Shown piece after piece: positions 47,901-57,703 of a stretch of DNA of 64,000 bases. The number at the start of each line of letters is the position of its first letter. The first letter of the stretch is position 1. The stretch is from an uncultured Gammaproteobacteria bacterium. GTDB lineage: Bacteria; Patescibacteriota; Microgenomatia; PFEM01; JAPLYW01. The notes under the pieces were generated by a model. That model searched no databases, was not told where the DNA came from, and worked only from the letters and a program-made list of their open reading frames with translations. The stretch lies in contig OZ246397.1 in the NCBI GenBank assembly GCA_965230945.1, positions 304,749-368,748 of the forward strand, written 5' to 3'. The position numbers and the translations under genes are program-made.

Positions 47901-47972
47901 GTGCGGTGGCGAAGTGGAAACGCTGTGGTCTGCAAAACCTCGATGCGCGGGTTCGATTCCCGCCCGCACCTC
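47901..47972 (+). tRNA. tRNA-Cys(GCA)
   Basis: Acceptor GGTGCGG/CCGCACC, T-arm GCGGG-TTCGATT-CCCGC, anticodon loop CTGCAAA. Manual fold, D-arm slightly irregular. CCA is not encoded. Confidence 0.8.
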
Positions 47973-48016
47973 AAAAACTTGACTTTCTAGGTTATTTTTG
48001 GTATCATACAACACAG

Positions 48017-48042
48017 TCCTCCTCTATTAGGAGGATTTTTTT
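48017..48042 (+). terminator. Rho-independent terminator after tRNA-Cys: TCCTCCT-ctatt-AGGAGGA followed by TTTTTTT
   Basis: Perfect 7-bp stem plus a T-run, seen directly. Confidence 0.65.
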
Positions 48043-48064
48043 ATGGGGTTAATTAGCCCCTATT

Positions 48065-48619
48065 ATGAAATACAAATTAATCAAGAGGTTTTTACGTGAG
48101 TTTTTCGAGAAAAAAACTATTCGCAAAATTTTTGGATTAAACTTAGCCGCCGTCGTTTTATTCACCGGCTTTCTTAGCACGCCTATTTCCGCTTTTAAAC
48201 AGAACCCTGATCAAGAAATAGTTTCTTTAACTGCCGAAGTAGTTACTTTAACTACGGAAAATTCTGTCAGGGCGCCTTTAGACATTTTTGCCGTTACCCA
48301 AGGTTATTCTGTTTTTCACCGTGGTGTTGACTTAAACGAAGTTTTAGGCGCGCCTGTCTATCCTCTTATGGATGGTAGAGTTGCGGCTGTTTTCTATAGC
48401 CGCTTTTCCTATGGAAACCGCGTCATTATTGACCATGGTTCTGGATTTAAATCATTATATGCTCACTTAGCCAATATCACCGTAGCCAAGGGTGATGAAG
48501 TTGATAAAAATACTGTTTTAGGTACCGTTGGTTCTACTGGTTGGTCCACCGGTTCTCACCTTCATTTAGAGGTATACCATAATGGGAGAACTTTTAACCC
48601 CCTGACCATTCTTAAATAA
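48065..48619 (+). CDS. M23-family (LytM-like) peptidoglycan metalloendopeptidase
   Basis: 'HRGVDL', 'GNRVIIDHG', 'YAHL', 'GSTGWSTGSHLHLEV'. Confidence 0.85.
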   Translation: MKYKLIKRFLREFFEKKTIRKIFGLNLAAVVLFTGFLSTPISAFKQNPDQEIVSLTAEVVTLTTENSVRAPLDIFAVTQGYSVFHRGVDLNEVLGAPVYPLMDGRVAAVFYSRFSYGNRVIIDHGSGFKSLYAHLANITVAKGDEVDKNTVLGTVGSTGWSTGSHLHLEVYHNGRTFNPLTILK

Positions 48620-48651
48620 TTCCGTTAGGTAACTTTCTCATTTTTGGCAAT

Positions 48652-48680
48652 AAAAAAGCCGCCTTTAAGCGGATTAAAAA
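48652..48680 (-). terminator. Terminator candidate between the convergent M23 and groEL genes (short GC stem flanked by A/T runs)
   Basis: ccgc-N6-gcgg with AAAAAA upstream on the plus strand and TTTTTT upstream on the minus strand. Same 20-mer as at 8701. Confidence 0.4.
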
Positions 48681-48696
48681 GTTATTTCTTTTTTTC

Positions 48697-50382
48697 TTAC
48701 ATTCCCATCATCCCACCTGGCGTTGGGGCTTTCTCTTCATCAGTTTTTAAATCTGTAATTAAACCTTCAGTAGTAAGAATCATCATGGCCACAGAGACAG
48801 CATTTTGAAGAGCGATTCGAGTTACCTTAACTGGGTCAATAATCCCAGCTTTAATCATATCGACATATTCTAAATTCATAACATCATAACCTATGCCCCT
48901 TGGCTTGTTCTTTATCTCTTCTATAACAGCATCACCATTTTGGCCTGCGTTTTGAACGATAAGCCTCATTGGGGCTAATAAAGCTTCTTTCAATACATTA
49001 AGACCGGCAACTTCGTCACCCTCGGCAGAAATCTCATCGGGTGTTTTTTCTTCAGTTGTTTTGTCCTTTTCACCAACACCCTCTAAGAGTTTATTGTTTA
49101 AAGTCTTAGACGCTTCAAGTAATACTACTCCACCTCCAGGAACGATACCTTCTTCAATGGCGGCTTTAGTAGCAGCCACAGCATCTTTAACTCTTTCTTG
49201 CTTCTCTTTCATTTCCGTTTCCGTAGCCGCTCCTACTTCAATGACAGCTACTCCACCTGAAAGTTTAGCCAATCTTTCCTCTAATTTTTCTTTGTCAAAA
49301 TCAGACGTAGTCCTTTCAATTTCCGCCTTTATTTGTTTAATCCTGCCTTTAATTTGAGCTTTAATCCCTTTACCGCCGACAATAACAGTATTATCTTTAT
49401 CAGTAGTAATGCGGTCGGCTTGACCTAGATCTTCAATTTCAATGTCTTCAAGCTTACGACCAAGATCCTGAGAAATAACCGTTCCCCCAGTTAAAATGGC
49501 GATATCTTCTAACATCTCTTTTCTACGATCACCAAAGCCAGGCGCTTCTACCGCTAAAACATTGAAAGTTCCTCTTAATTTATTAACTACCAAGGTAGCT
49601 AAGGCTTCTGCTTCAACTTCATCAGCAATAATAACTAAGTTCTTGGAAACTTTAACTAATTTCTCTAAAAATGGCAGTAACTCTTGAATGGAAGAAATCT
49701 TTTTATCAGTTAAAAGAATGTAGGGATTCTCAATGTTGGCTTCCATACTGTCAGAATTGGTAACAAAGTAAGGAGAAATATAACCCTTATCAAACTCCAT
49801 TCCCTCTTTGTAATCAATTACCAGCTCCAAACCCTTCCCTTCCTCAACTGTCACTACCCCATCTGGACCAACCTTTTTAATTGCTTTGGCAATTTTTGCC
49901 CCAATTTCGGCATTTTGGGCAGAAATGGTGGCTACCTGAGTAATTTTTCTGGAGTCATTTTTAATAGGCTTTGCCTGGCCCTTAATCGATTTAACAACCC
50001 AATCAACCGCTTTCTTAATTCCTTGGTTTAAAACCATCGGGCTAGCAGGGACTGGTTCTCTATTAAGCATTTTCATTCCTTCATCAACAATTGCTTGTGC
50101 TAAAATGGTCGCTGTACTTGTCCCATCGCCGGTAATATCATTTGTTTTCTCAGCGGCTTCTTTAACAAGTTGAGCCCCCATGTTCTCAAAAGGATCTTCC
50201 AGCTCAATTTCCTTAGCGACGCTAACGCCATCATGAACGACAGATGGAGCTCCCCATTTTTTATCTAGAGCCACGTTTCTGCCTTTAGGACCTAAGGTTG
50301 TCCCTACTGCCTTAGCCACAGCATCAACACCCTTTTTTAATTTTTCTCTTGCTTCAGCAGAATATTTAAATTGTTTTGGCAT
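48697..50382 (-). CDS. groL: chaperonin GroEL
   Basis: 561 aa with a C-terminal GGM tail 'GGMMGM'. '[12 protein letters not shown]'. Confidence 0.97.
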   Translation of the reverse strand: MPKQFKYSAEAREKLKKGVDAVAKAVGTTLGPKGRNVALDKKWGAPSVVHDGVSVAKEIELEDPFENMGAQLVKEAAEKTNDITGDGTSTATILAQAIVDEGMKMLNREPVPASPMVLNQGIKKAVDWVVKSIKGQAKPIKNDSRKITQVATISAQNAEIGAKIAKAIKKVGPDGVVTVEEGKGLELVIDYKEGMEFDKGYISPYFVTNSDSMEANIENPYILLTDKKISSIQELLPFLEKLVKVSKNLVIIADEVEAEALATLVVNKLRGTFNVLAVEAPGFGDRRKEMLEDIAILTGGTVISQDLGRKLEDIEIEDLGQADRITTDKDNTVIVGGKGIKAQIKGRIKQIKAEIERTTSDFDKEKLEERLAKLSGGVAVIEVGAATETEMKEKQERVKDAVAATKAAIEEGIVPGGGVVLLEASKTLNNKLLEGVGEKDKTTEEKTPDEISAEGDEVAGLNVLKEALLAPMRLIVQNAGQNGDAVIEEIKNKPRGIGYDVMNLEYVDMIKAGIIDPVKVTRIALQNAVSVAMMILTTEGLITDLKTDEEKAPTPGGMMGM

Positions 50383-50388
50383 AAGTTC

Positions 50389-50706
50389 TTATTTAATAAT
50401 GGCTAAAACATCTTCAAATTTAACAAAGATAAATTCTTTACCTGAAGTTCCAAACTTAACCTCATCGCCGCCCCACTTTTTGTAAATAACCATGTCGCCA
50501 ACTTTAAACTCAGGGACTACCCTTTGGCCATTTTTATAAATAGGTTTACCAATCGATATAATCTTTCCCTTTTGTGATTTTTCGTCATGAGTATCAGGTA
50601 AAACAATACCGGTAGCGGTTTTTTTCTCCATGGCTACCGGTTCAATCAAAACGTAACCAGCTAACGGTTTAATTTTAGATATAGAGCTATTTGATTCTTT
50701 CTTCAT
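50389..50706 (-). CDS. groS: co-chaperonin GroES
   Basis: 105 aa, 'IKPLAGYVLIEP...GIVLPD'. Confidence 0.9.
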   Translation of the reverse strand: MKKESNSSISKIKPLAGYVLIEPVAMEKKTATGIVLPDTHDEKSQKGKIISIGKPIYKNGQRVVPEFKVGDMVIYKKWGGDEVKFGTSGKEFIFVKFEDVLAIIK

Positions 50707-50737
50707 CTTTAATTGGTAAATTTGAAGTTTAAAAAAG

Positions 50738-50764
50738 TTATCACTTAAAGATAACTTTTGCTAT
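50738..50764. promoter_or_regulatory. Degenerate CIRCE-like element upstream of groES, TTATCACTT-N9-TTTTGCTAT, containing the perfect inverted repeat AGTTATC-N7-GATAACT
   Basis: Shares the left half TTAkCACTT and the right-half core TGCTA with the hrcA-proximal element. 32 nt upstream of the groES start. Confidence 0.45.
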
Positions 50765-50787
50765 TTTAACAATCGCTTATTTTATTG

Positions 50788-51390
50788 TCAAGAAGCATCA
50801 CTTAGCCAACTGAAACTCTCTACAAGATTTAAGAAAACTCCATTAGAGAAAACCTCTTCTCTCTGTCCTCGAACAATAGATGTACTAATAATAAGAATAA
50901 GTTCGCCTTTCCTAAAGGCAAAACCTCCTTTACCGGTAGGCTCTAAAGCAGCCTTGGGGATAAAAAACTTAATTATTTCGTAATTGTTTATTCTTGCTTT
51001 TTGAGTCCAACTAACTCCTCCTTCAAAATCCTTAAAATAACCACGCAAGAAACTCTCTAAAGAAATCGTCAGTGGTTGACTGTAAAGATCAACAAAATAA
51101 TTCACCTTAGTAGGATTAAGGGTTATTTGGTAAAGATGCTCCTGAGAGGGTGTAATTTTTTCTTCTAGAGGTAAATCCCAAAAGGCTGGATAAGAAAAGG
51201 AAAAACCATACTCTTGATTAGTGTAGTTAGTAAATTTAACTACCGCTGTTGGCGTAGGACTAATTTCCATCTCTAGCTGATTCTCAATCTTACTATCAAA
51301 AGATCTAAAGCCTCTTTTAATTGAAAAAAATACCAGAAAGGTAACTAGAGCTAGGATAAAGATGATAATGACAACAAATCTTTTATTCAT
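50788..51390 (-). CDS. secreted or signal-anchored hypothetical protein
   Basis: N-terminal TM, then a 180-aa domain of unknown function. Confidence 0.5.
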   Translation of the reverse strand: MNKRFVVIIIFILALVTFLVFFSIKRGFRSFDSKIENQLEMEISPTPTAVVKFTNYTNQEYGFSFSYPAFWDLPLEEKITPSQEHLYQITLNPTKVNYFVDLYSQPLTISLESFLRGYFKDFEGGVSWTQKARINNYEIIKFFIPKAALEPTGKGGFAFRKGELILIISTSIVRGQREEVFSNGVFLNLVESFSWLSDAS

Positions 51391-51395
51391 CTGGG

Positions 51396-52145
51396 TTATT
51401 CTAAAAAAGTTAAAAGAGTCATTAAGCCGATTCCCAAAAGTAAACCTAAAAGCTGAAGAGCTGATTTAGAAATATTATTTTCCTTTTTAAGTTCGGGAAT
51501 AAGATCAGCAGAAGCAATGTAAATAAAACCACCAGCAGTAAAGGGAATAATCAAAGGGATTATTCCTATAAATTTAGAACCTAAAATTAAAGCCAAAACA
51601 ACTCCCAAAACGGCTGTTAAGGCAGAAAGAAAATTAAAAAAGAGGGCTTTCTTCTTAGAAAAACCACCGTAAATCAAAACACCAAAGTCGCCAATTTCTT
51701 GAGGAATTTCATGAAGAACCACGGCAACAGTGGTGGCTATTCCTAAAGGAAAACTTACCAAAAATCCTGCGGCAATAACGACCCCATCAATAAAATTATG
51801 AAAAGCATCACCTACCAAATTCATAAAGACTAAAGGATGAGGATGTTGCTTAGTCGTAAGAATATGACAATGACGCCAGAGAATAAACTTTTCTAAAATA
51901 AAAAAGAATAAAACACCAACTAAAATTGAAAGAGAAAAGCTAAAACTTATTCCCAGTTCTTTTATGGCTTCAGGAATAAGATGAATAAAAGCACCTCCTA
52001 AAAGCCCTCCCACAGCAAAGCTAACCAAAAAAAACAATATTTTTTGAAGAAGCTGTTTTTTAACAGCCAAGAAGAAAAGACCGATAAAGGCAATTAAGCT
52101 AACAATAAAAACACTTAAAATGGAAGCTAACCAAACACTCGTCAT
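51396..52145 (-). CDS. ZIP-family metal cation transporter (ZupT-like)
   Basis: 'HNFIDGVVIAA', 'HEIPQEIGDFGVL'. 8 TMs. Confidence 0.85.
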   Translation of the reverse strand: MTSVWLASILSVFIVSLIAFIGLFFLAVKKQLLQKILFFLVSFAVGGLLGGAFIHLIPEAIKELGISFSFSLSILVGVLFFFILEKFILWRHCHILTTKQHPHPLVFMNLVGDAFHNFIDGVVIAAGFLVSFPLGIATTVAVVLHEIPQEIGDFGVLIYGGFSKKKALFFNFLSALTAVLGVVLALILGSKFIGIIPLIIPFTAGGFIYIASADLIPELKKENNISKSALQLLGLLLGIGLMTLLTFLE

Positions 52146-52324
52146 TTAATCTTTAACCTTTCTAGTCTTTTTTTGTATTCTAACATAGTCTTTTGAGAAC
52201 AATCCTGAGGATGAAACAAAACTCGTCCTTCCTCCACAACCTCAGTAGTACGACGAGGAGCCATGTACTTTTTTTGTAGCTGGTAAGCTAGTTTTTCCAG
52301 TTGCCTAAGAATCTTTCTACCCAT
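52142..52324 (-). CDS. small basic hypothetical protein. ATGA-coupled to the ZIP gene and overlaps the end of the nucleotidyltransferase gene by 37 nt.
   Basis: The ORF exists, but there is no recognisable motif. Confidence 0.3.
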   Translation of the reverse strand: MGRKILRQLEKLAYQLQKKYMAPRRTTEVVEEGRVLFHPQDCSQKTMLEYKKRLERLKIK

Positions 52325-52932
52325 TGGTTTTGTTTTAGTAATTTTTGATAAAGGTTATCTTTTTGCCAAAGAGGTTTCAGCTGTAAAATCTCATGAGCTG
52401 AAAATAAATTCTGCTCTTTTTTAGGAATTTTTAAATGATTCTCATCCAAGAACATATTCAAGCAAATTTTATCTTTAACCTGGGTCTCTTTAGGATGACG
52501 CCTCTTGCCTGAAATCTCAATGAGGACAACGACCAGAAAACGACTCAACCATAAACGACCTCTAGCGGTGACAACCAAAAAATCAATATCGTCGTCTTGA
52601 TTAGCATTACCCATAGCCAAATTGCCGGTAACCGCCACCATCTTTAGAAAAGGAACTATTTTTAAAATATGAGCTATTTTTTGGGCTACTCTTAATTTTT
52701 TTTGGCAATACTTCTCTTTGTTTCGCCTGGTTTTGATAATCTTTTGCCTGCCTTTGAGAAAAAAATAATCTCCTTTATGGCCAATTTGTCCTTTTTCAAT
52801 ATCCCTCAAAGAAAAGTTTCTTTTTTGAGGAGTAATTAAAAACTTTTTTAATTGCTCAAAGGTAAGAGGATAATCGAAAACATCAGCATAAACTACCGTC
52901 TTTAAAATACTTTTCTGCAGGGTATCCATCAT
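52288..52932 (-). CDS. Pol-beta-superfamily nucleotidyltransferase-domain protein
   Basis: 'VAVTGNLAMGNANQDDDIDFLVV' fits hG[GS]x9-13Dh[DE]h. 214 aa with N- and C-terminal extensions of unknown function. Confidence 0.6.
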   Translation of the reverse strand: MMDTLQKSILKTVVYADVFDYPLTFEQLKKFLITPQKRNFSLRDIEKGQIGHKGDYFFLKGRQKIIKTRRNKEKYCQKKLRVAQKIAHILKIVPFLKMVAVTGNLAMGNANQDDDIDFLVVTARGRLWLSRFLVVVLIEISGKRRHPKETQVKDKICLNMFLDENHLKIPKKEQNLFSAHEILQLKPLWQKDNLYQKLLKQNQWVERFLGNWKN

Positions 52933-52937
52933 TTAAA

Positions 52938-54863
52938 CTACCTAACCGTATAGCTACCAATCCCATATTGAGAAAGAAGTTGGCTAACTCCCTGAGCAGT
53001 GGTGCTTAACATCTCCGTAGCAGAAGTACCCGAATTAACACCATTAACGGCATCTTCAAAATACTTAATCATGCGGTCATTAAGACCATTATCAAAAGTT
53101 CGAGAACAAAGATACCAGGTTTTAGCTTTATTGGCTTGATTTACAAAAGGGGCTACCATAGCATTACTGACCGACAAGCCAGCCATATCCATTCTCGGAT
53201 AAGGCTCACCAAATAAACGCACTTGAGATTGAGTTTGGTAAAGCTTCTGGAGGCTTTCTTTAGAAGACAAAAACTTTAAAAACTCCCAGGCTTGTTTAGA
53301 ATTTTGGCTTCTCTTAGCTACCCCTTCTACCCAAAAAGAGGCCCAGTTAATTTCCGTATCAGGCAATTGAGGGACAGCCACAACCTTAAATTTTAAATTA
53401 GGATTGATGTTTTTAATCTCAAAAACATCCCAGGAATAACCAAAAAACATGGCTACTTTACCGGTAGCAAAGGCAAGAGTAGAGGCAGGTAAGGTTCCAT
53501 TCCAAACATTATCTGTTTTATTAAAAATGGTGTAATAAGTGAGGGCGTCTGCGGCTAACTGACTGGTAGGATTGGCGAGATTAACCCCATTTTGTAACAT
53601 CATCAAGCCCAAAATATCCGGCCAATGTTCAACATTAGCAGTTGTCCCTAGAGCTACGCCGGCTGTCTGAATTCTCCCTCCTTCATCATAAGTAGTCAGA
53701 TCAATGGCTATTTGCCGTAGCTGATCCCAAGAAGTCGGCGGAGTTTTACCTCCAGCCTGAAAAATATCCTCATTATAAAACAAAGCCAGGGTATCTATAC
53801 CTAAAGGCAACCCTAAAAAGGAAGTTTCTGAACGAAGGTTATTTTTGACCACCGGAAAGTAAGTATTTTCAAAACTGGCCGCGCTCATAACTTCAGAAGG
53901 AACAGGACTAAGTTCATTTTTCAACATCGGCACCCAGGTAATATGAAAACGGAAAACATCAGGACCTTCGTTACGAGCTAAGGCTGATTGGAGTCTTTCT
54001 CGATATTCTCTAGGTGATTGTTGAAGATAGTTGATTTTTACCTGGGGGTTTTTCTTCTCCCATTCACTAATAATTCCCTTCATGACCGTTTCTGGTTCCC
54101 AAAGGCCCCAGTAGGTTAAACTTACCTCTTTGGGTTTTTGAAAACGAGGTAAGACCAGTTTAAAAATAGCCAAACCACCTAAAACCAAAAGCGCCAAAAC
54201 TAGTAAAAAGGGTAAGACTTTTTTTAATCCCCCTTTGGAACCTTGCTCAGCAGTCAATTCAGCCATGACTGCCTGCTTTGCAGAATCATCAACTGGCAAT
54301 GATGAACTTGCTAAAGGAGCCGCCATTGCTTCTTTAACTGGAACCCCTTTTTCTGGTAAGGGTTCTGCCCTCTCCCAGGGTGGTGATAAAGGTTTTGATT
54401 CTTCTTTAAAATGTACCTTCTCCACCTTAGGCTGAACTGTCCCTTGCCAAGGAGGAGATACGGCCTTTTGGGAAGGAGCAAAAGGTTTGCTAGAGCCTAA
54501 GTTCTCCCCAGATCCAAAGCCCTTTTTAAATGCCGTTGTTGACTGACCTTGAAAAGAAGAAGGTTGTTGGCTGCTAGTTGAAAAAGATTTTTTAAAACCA
54601 GGAGGTGTTGGTTTCAATGCGGGTTGAGTTGGACTTTGCCAGGAAGGCTTCGGCCTTGCATCTGCAGGAGTAAATAAGGGCCCTTTTTTATTAAATCCTT
54701 TGCTACTAAAATCAGGCTTGTTAAAAGAGGGCTTATTAAAAGAACTGCTAGGAAATTGCGGTCGAAAACCACTCTGGCTCCCTGGAACAGTACCAGTTGG
54801 TTTTTTTAAAGAAGGATTTAAACTTTGACCTTTTAAAGAAGATTGCTTTTCATCAGGCATCAT
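52938..54863 (-). CDS. Membrane-anchored ABC-type extracellular solute-binding protein (SBP_bac_1-like) with an N-terminal S/P/K-rich disordered region of about 215 aa
   Basis: Disordered region, then a TM, then 'LTYWGLWEPE...INYLQQSPREYRERL...' sugar-type SBP fold. No permease or ATPase genes nearby. Confidence 0.75.
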   Translation of the reverse strand: MMPDEKQSSLKGQSLNPSLKKPTGTVPGSQSGFRPQFPSSSFNKPSFNKPDFSSKGFNKKGPLFTPADARPKPSWQSPTQPALKPTPPGFKKSFSTSSQQPSSFQGQSTTAFKKGFGSGENLGSSKPFAPSQKAVSPPWQGTVQPKVEKVHFKEESKPLSPPWERAEPLPEKGVPVKEAMAAPLASSSLPVDDSAKQAVMAELTAEQGSKGGLKKVLPFLLVLALLVLGGLAIFKLVLPRFQKPKEVSLTYWGLWEPETVMKGIISEWEKKNPQVKINYLQQSPREYRERLQSALARNEGPDVFRFHITWVPMLKNELSPVPSEVMSAASFENTYFPVVKNNLRSETSFLGLPLGIDTLALFYNEDIFQAGGKTPPTSWDQLRQIAIDLTTYDEGGRIQTAGVALGTTANVEHWPDILGLMMLQNGVNLANPTSQLAADALTYYTIFNKTDNVWNGTLPASTLAFATGKVAMFFGYSWDVFEIKNINPNLKFKVVAVPQLPDTEINWASFWVEGVAKRSQNSKQAWEFLKFLSSKESLQKLYQTQSQVRLFGEPYPRMDMAGLSVSNAMVAPFVNQANKAKTWYLCSRTFDNGLNDRMIKYFEDAVNGVNSGTSATEMLSTTAQGVSQLLSQYGIGSYTVR

Positions 54864-56671
54864 CTAATGTTATCATAGACAAGATGAATAAAAAAGTTCA
54901 AGGGACAAAAAAAGAACTAAAGAAAGCCATTTTAAAATGGCTTTTGACCAGTCTTTTTACTCTTTTGCTTTTGTTTTTTATTGTCTATCATCTAGCTTAT
55001 CTAAAAAAGATTTATCCAGGGGTAAGCATCGCTTATCAACCAGTAGGTAATAAAACTATCAGCGAAGCCTCAATTGTTTTAAATAATTACTTGGCTGAAA
55101 AGAAACCTGCCAAGCTATACTTTTTTTCTGAAACTGAACAAGAATGGGAAGCTAATCTTGAAGAATTAAACTTTTTTTATGATGTCGGTTTGAGTGTCGA
55201 AAAAGCTTATCAGATTGGCCGCAGTACCCAACCCCTCAAGGATCTTCAAGTCAAAACCAAAAGCTGGTTTAAAGCAACCAACATTGGTCTAGAATACTCA
55301 CTTGATCAAAATCTTTTAGAAAGCAAAGTGGCTACTATTGCCGGCCAGATTTTTATTCCTGCCATTGAACCAACCATCAAGATCGTCGAAGCTACTCCGG
55401 CTGGTCAAACTTCAAGAATTTCCATTGAACAAGGCAAAAACGGCCAAGAACTAGATAAAAGAAAACTCATGGCTTTAATTAATCAACAAATTGCTCAAGT
55501 TGATTTTCAATCAATTAACCTACCGGTAATTCATATCTCCCCAATTTTAACTGAAGAACAAATTGAAAATACTCGTTTTAGGGCCGAAAAATTTTTAAAT
55601 AAGAAACTCCTTTTAAAAACTAAAGAGAACAGTTGGCAACTCGAAGAAAAAGAATTAATCGAACTTTTATCTTTTAGCAACGGTTTTAATCAAGACAAAA
55701 TTGCTGATTGGGCTAAAAATTTAGCCTCAGTCGTCAACCGCCTTCCCCAAAACGCTACCTTTCGTTTTTCAGAAGGCAAAGTCATTGAATTTAAACCGGC
55801 CCAGGAAGGTAAAAAACTAGAAGAGAAAAAAACTATTGATTTCATCGCTCAAGCTTTAGCTCAACTTGAAGAAGAAGAAAGCCAAGTCAATATCAATCTT
55901 CCAGTAATCACCAGCCAACCAGCCATTAAAACAGCCGATGTTAATAGCTTGGGTATCAAAGAACTTGTTGGTAAGGGCACTTCTTACTTTAGAGGATCAA
56001 TCACTTCCAGGATTCATAATATCAAACTTGCTTCTTCAAAGCTAAACGGCCTTTTGATTCCTCCTGGAGAAATCTTTTCTTTTAATCAAGCTTTGGGAGA
56101 AGTTTCTCTATCTACTGGTTATAAAGAAGCCTACATTATTAGGGATGGCCGCACTGTTTTAGGTGACGGAGGTGGCGTTTGCCAGGTTTCTACCACCTTA
56201 TTTAGAGCCGCTTTAGATGCTGGCCTGCCCATCGTCGAACGCAAGGCTCATGCTTATCGTGTCTCTTATTACGAACAAAACTCACCCGTAGGTCTGGATG
56301 CAACTGTCTTTAGTCCCACCGCCGATTTAAAAATTAAAAATGACACCCCTGTTCATCTTCTTATCCAAACTTCCGTTGACAACCAAAACTACCGCTTGGT
56401 TTTTAAGCTTTATGGCGCCCATGACGGCCGCAGTGTAAATATCTCTAAGTCTCGGATATGGGATCAGTCTCCTCCTCCTCCAGATTTATATCAAGACGAT
56501 CCCAGCCTGCCGACAGGACAAATTAAGCAAATCGATTGGAAATCATGGGGAGCCAAAGTTGCCTTTGATTACAAGGTAGAACGCTTTGGTGAGATTTTAC
56601 AAAAGCAAACTTTTTACTCCAATTTTCGACCTTGGCAGGCTATCTATCTAAGAGGAACCGGACCCCATTAA
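54797..56671 (+). CDS. VanW-domain protein with an N-terminal TM. The probable start is the Met at about 54884.
   Basis: C-terminal 'GGGVCQVSTTLFRAALDAGLPIVERKAHAY' is the VanW signature. Confidence 0.8.
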   Translation: MVFLKKDLNFDLLKKIAFHQASSNVIIDKMNKKVQGTKKELKKAILKWLLTSLFTLLLLFFIVYHLAYLKKIYPGVSIAYQPVGNKTISEASIVLNNYLAEKKPAKLYFFSETEQEWEANLEELNFFYDVGLSVEKAYQIGRSTQPLKDLQVKTKSWFKATNIGLEYSLDQNLLESKVATIAGQIFIPAIEPTIKIVEATPAGQTSRISIEQGKNGQELDKRKLMALINQQIAQVDFQSINLPVIHISPILTEEQIENTRFRAEKFLNKKLLLKTKENSWQLEEKELIELLSFSNGFNQDKIADWAKNLASVVNRLPQNATFRFSEGKVIEFKPAQEGKKLEEKKTIDFIAQALAQLEEEESQVNINLPVITSQPAIKTADVNSLGIKELVGKGTSYFRGSITSRIHNIKLASSKLNGLLIPPGEIFSFNQALGEVSLSTGYKEAYIIRDGRTVLGDGGGVCQVSTTLFRAALDAGLPIVERKAHAYRVSYYEQNSPVGLDATVFSPTADLKIKNDTPVHLLIQTSVDNQNYRLVFKLYGAHDGRSVNISKSRIWDQSPPPPDLYQDDPSLPTGQIKQIDWKSWGAKVAFDYKVERFGEILQKQTFYSNFRPWQAIYLRGTGPH

Positions 56672-56672
56672 A

Positions 56673-57695
56673 ATGAAGATTCTAGGTATTGAGACCAGCT
56701 GTGACGAAACTGCAGCCGCCCTAATCCAAGACGGCCAAAAGATGATCAACAATGTTGTCGCTTCCTCTGTTAATCTACATAAAAAAACTGGCGGGATTAT
56801 CCCTGAAGTAGCTGCCAGAGAACAACTAAAATATATTATCCCTGTTATTGAACAAGCCTTAGGAAAAAGGATTAATAGAAAACAGCCATCCATTGATGCC
56901 TTGGCAGTAACCGTTGGTCCAGGATTAATTGGCAGTCTTCTAATAGGCGTCGAAACAGCCAAAACCTTAGCCTATCTTTGGCAAAAACCCATCGTTTCTG
57001 TAAACCATCTTCAAGCTCATCTTTACGCTAACTTTTTAGAACAAAAAGCGCCTTCTTTCCCCGCCCTAGGACTAGTCGTCTCCGGCGGTCATACTGATTT
57101 GGTTCTAATAAAAAGCCATCAAGAAATTAAATGGCTGGGTGGTACCAGAGATGATGCCGCTGGTGAATGTTTTGATAAATGCGCTCGTCTCCTTGGTCTT
57201 GGCTATCCAGGCGGTCCAGCCATCAGCGGAGAAGCTAAAGATTTTAAGAAAGAAAAATCAAGCATCAGCTTACCAAGACCAATGCTGAAAACTAATGACT
57301 TTGATTTTTCCTTTTCTGGTTTAAAAACAGCCGTCCTAAGTAAGGTTAATAACCTTAAAGAAAAAAATCAATTTAATCAGCAAATTATTAAAGAGTTTGC
57401 TTTTGAAATCCAAGAAGCCATTGTTGATGTTTTAATAGAAAAAGCTTTTAAGGCTAGCCAAAAATATGAGATTAAAGCCTTACTTTTAGCCGGCGGAGTA
57501 ACCGCCAATCCCCGTCTAAGGGAAAAAATAAAGAACAAACTAGGTAAAAACTATCCTTTATTTATCCCGCCAGCAAATCTCTGCACTGATAATGCTGCCT
57601 CCATTGCTGCCTGTGCCTATTTTAACTTTCAACCTCAACCTTGGCCTAAAATCCAAGCCGACTCTAGCTTGGAAATTGAAGAAATGATAAAATAA
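56673..57695 (+). CDS. tsaD: tRNA N6-adenosine threonylcarbamoyltransferase TsaD (Kae1/Gcp)
   Basis: 'ILGIETSCDETAAAL', 'HLQAHL', 'VSGGHT'. Confidence 0.9.
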   Translation: MKILGIETSCDETAAALIQDGQKMINNVVASSVNLHKKTGGIIPEVAAREQLKYIIPVIEQALGKRINRKQPSIDALAVTVGPGLIGSLLIGVETAKTLAYLWQKPIVSVNHLQAHLYANFLEQKAPSFPALGLVVSGGHTDLVLIKSHQEIKWLGGTRDDAAGECFDKCARLLGLGYPGGPAISGEAKDFKKEKSSISLPRPMLKTNDFDFSFSGLKTAVLSKVNNLKEKNQFNQQIIKEFAFEIQEAIVDVLIEKAFKASQKYEIKALLLAGGVTANPRLREKIKNKLGKNYPLFIPPANLCTDNAASIAACAYFNFQPQPWPKIQADSSLEIEEMIK

Positions 57696-57703
57696 CCTCC
57701 AAG

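Noticed and set aside
47980-48042. Promoter (TTGACT-16-TATCAT) immediately followed by a perfect terminator hairpin, as an attenuator for the M23 peptidase gene
   Set aside because: The hairpin is more simply the terminator of the upstream tRNA-Cys transcript. The promoter-like hexamers are probably coincidental in AT-rich DNA.
52142-52324. 60-aa ORF as a HEPN partner of the nucleotidyltransferase (MNT-HEPN toxin-antitoxin)
   Set aside because: There is no Rx4-6H HEPN motif. The NTase is much larger than MNT antitoxins.
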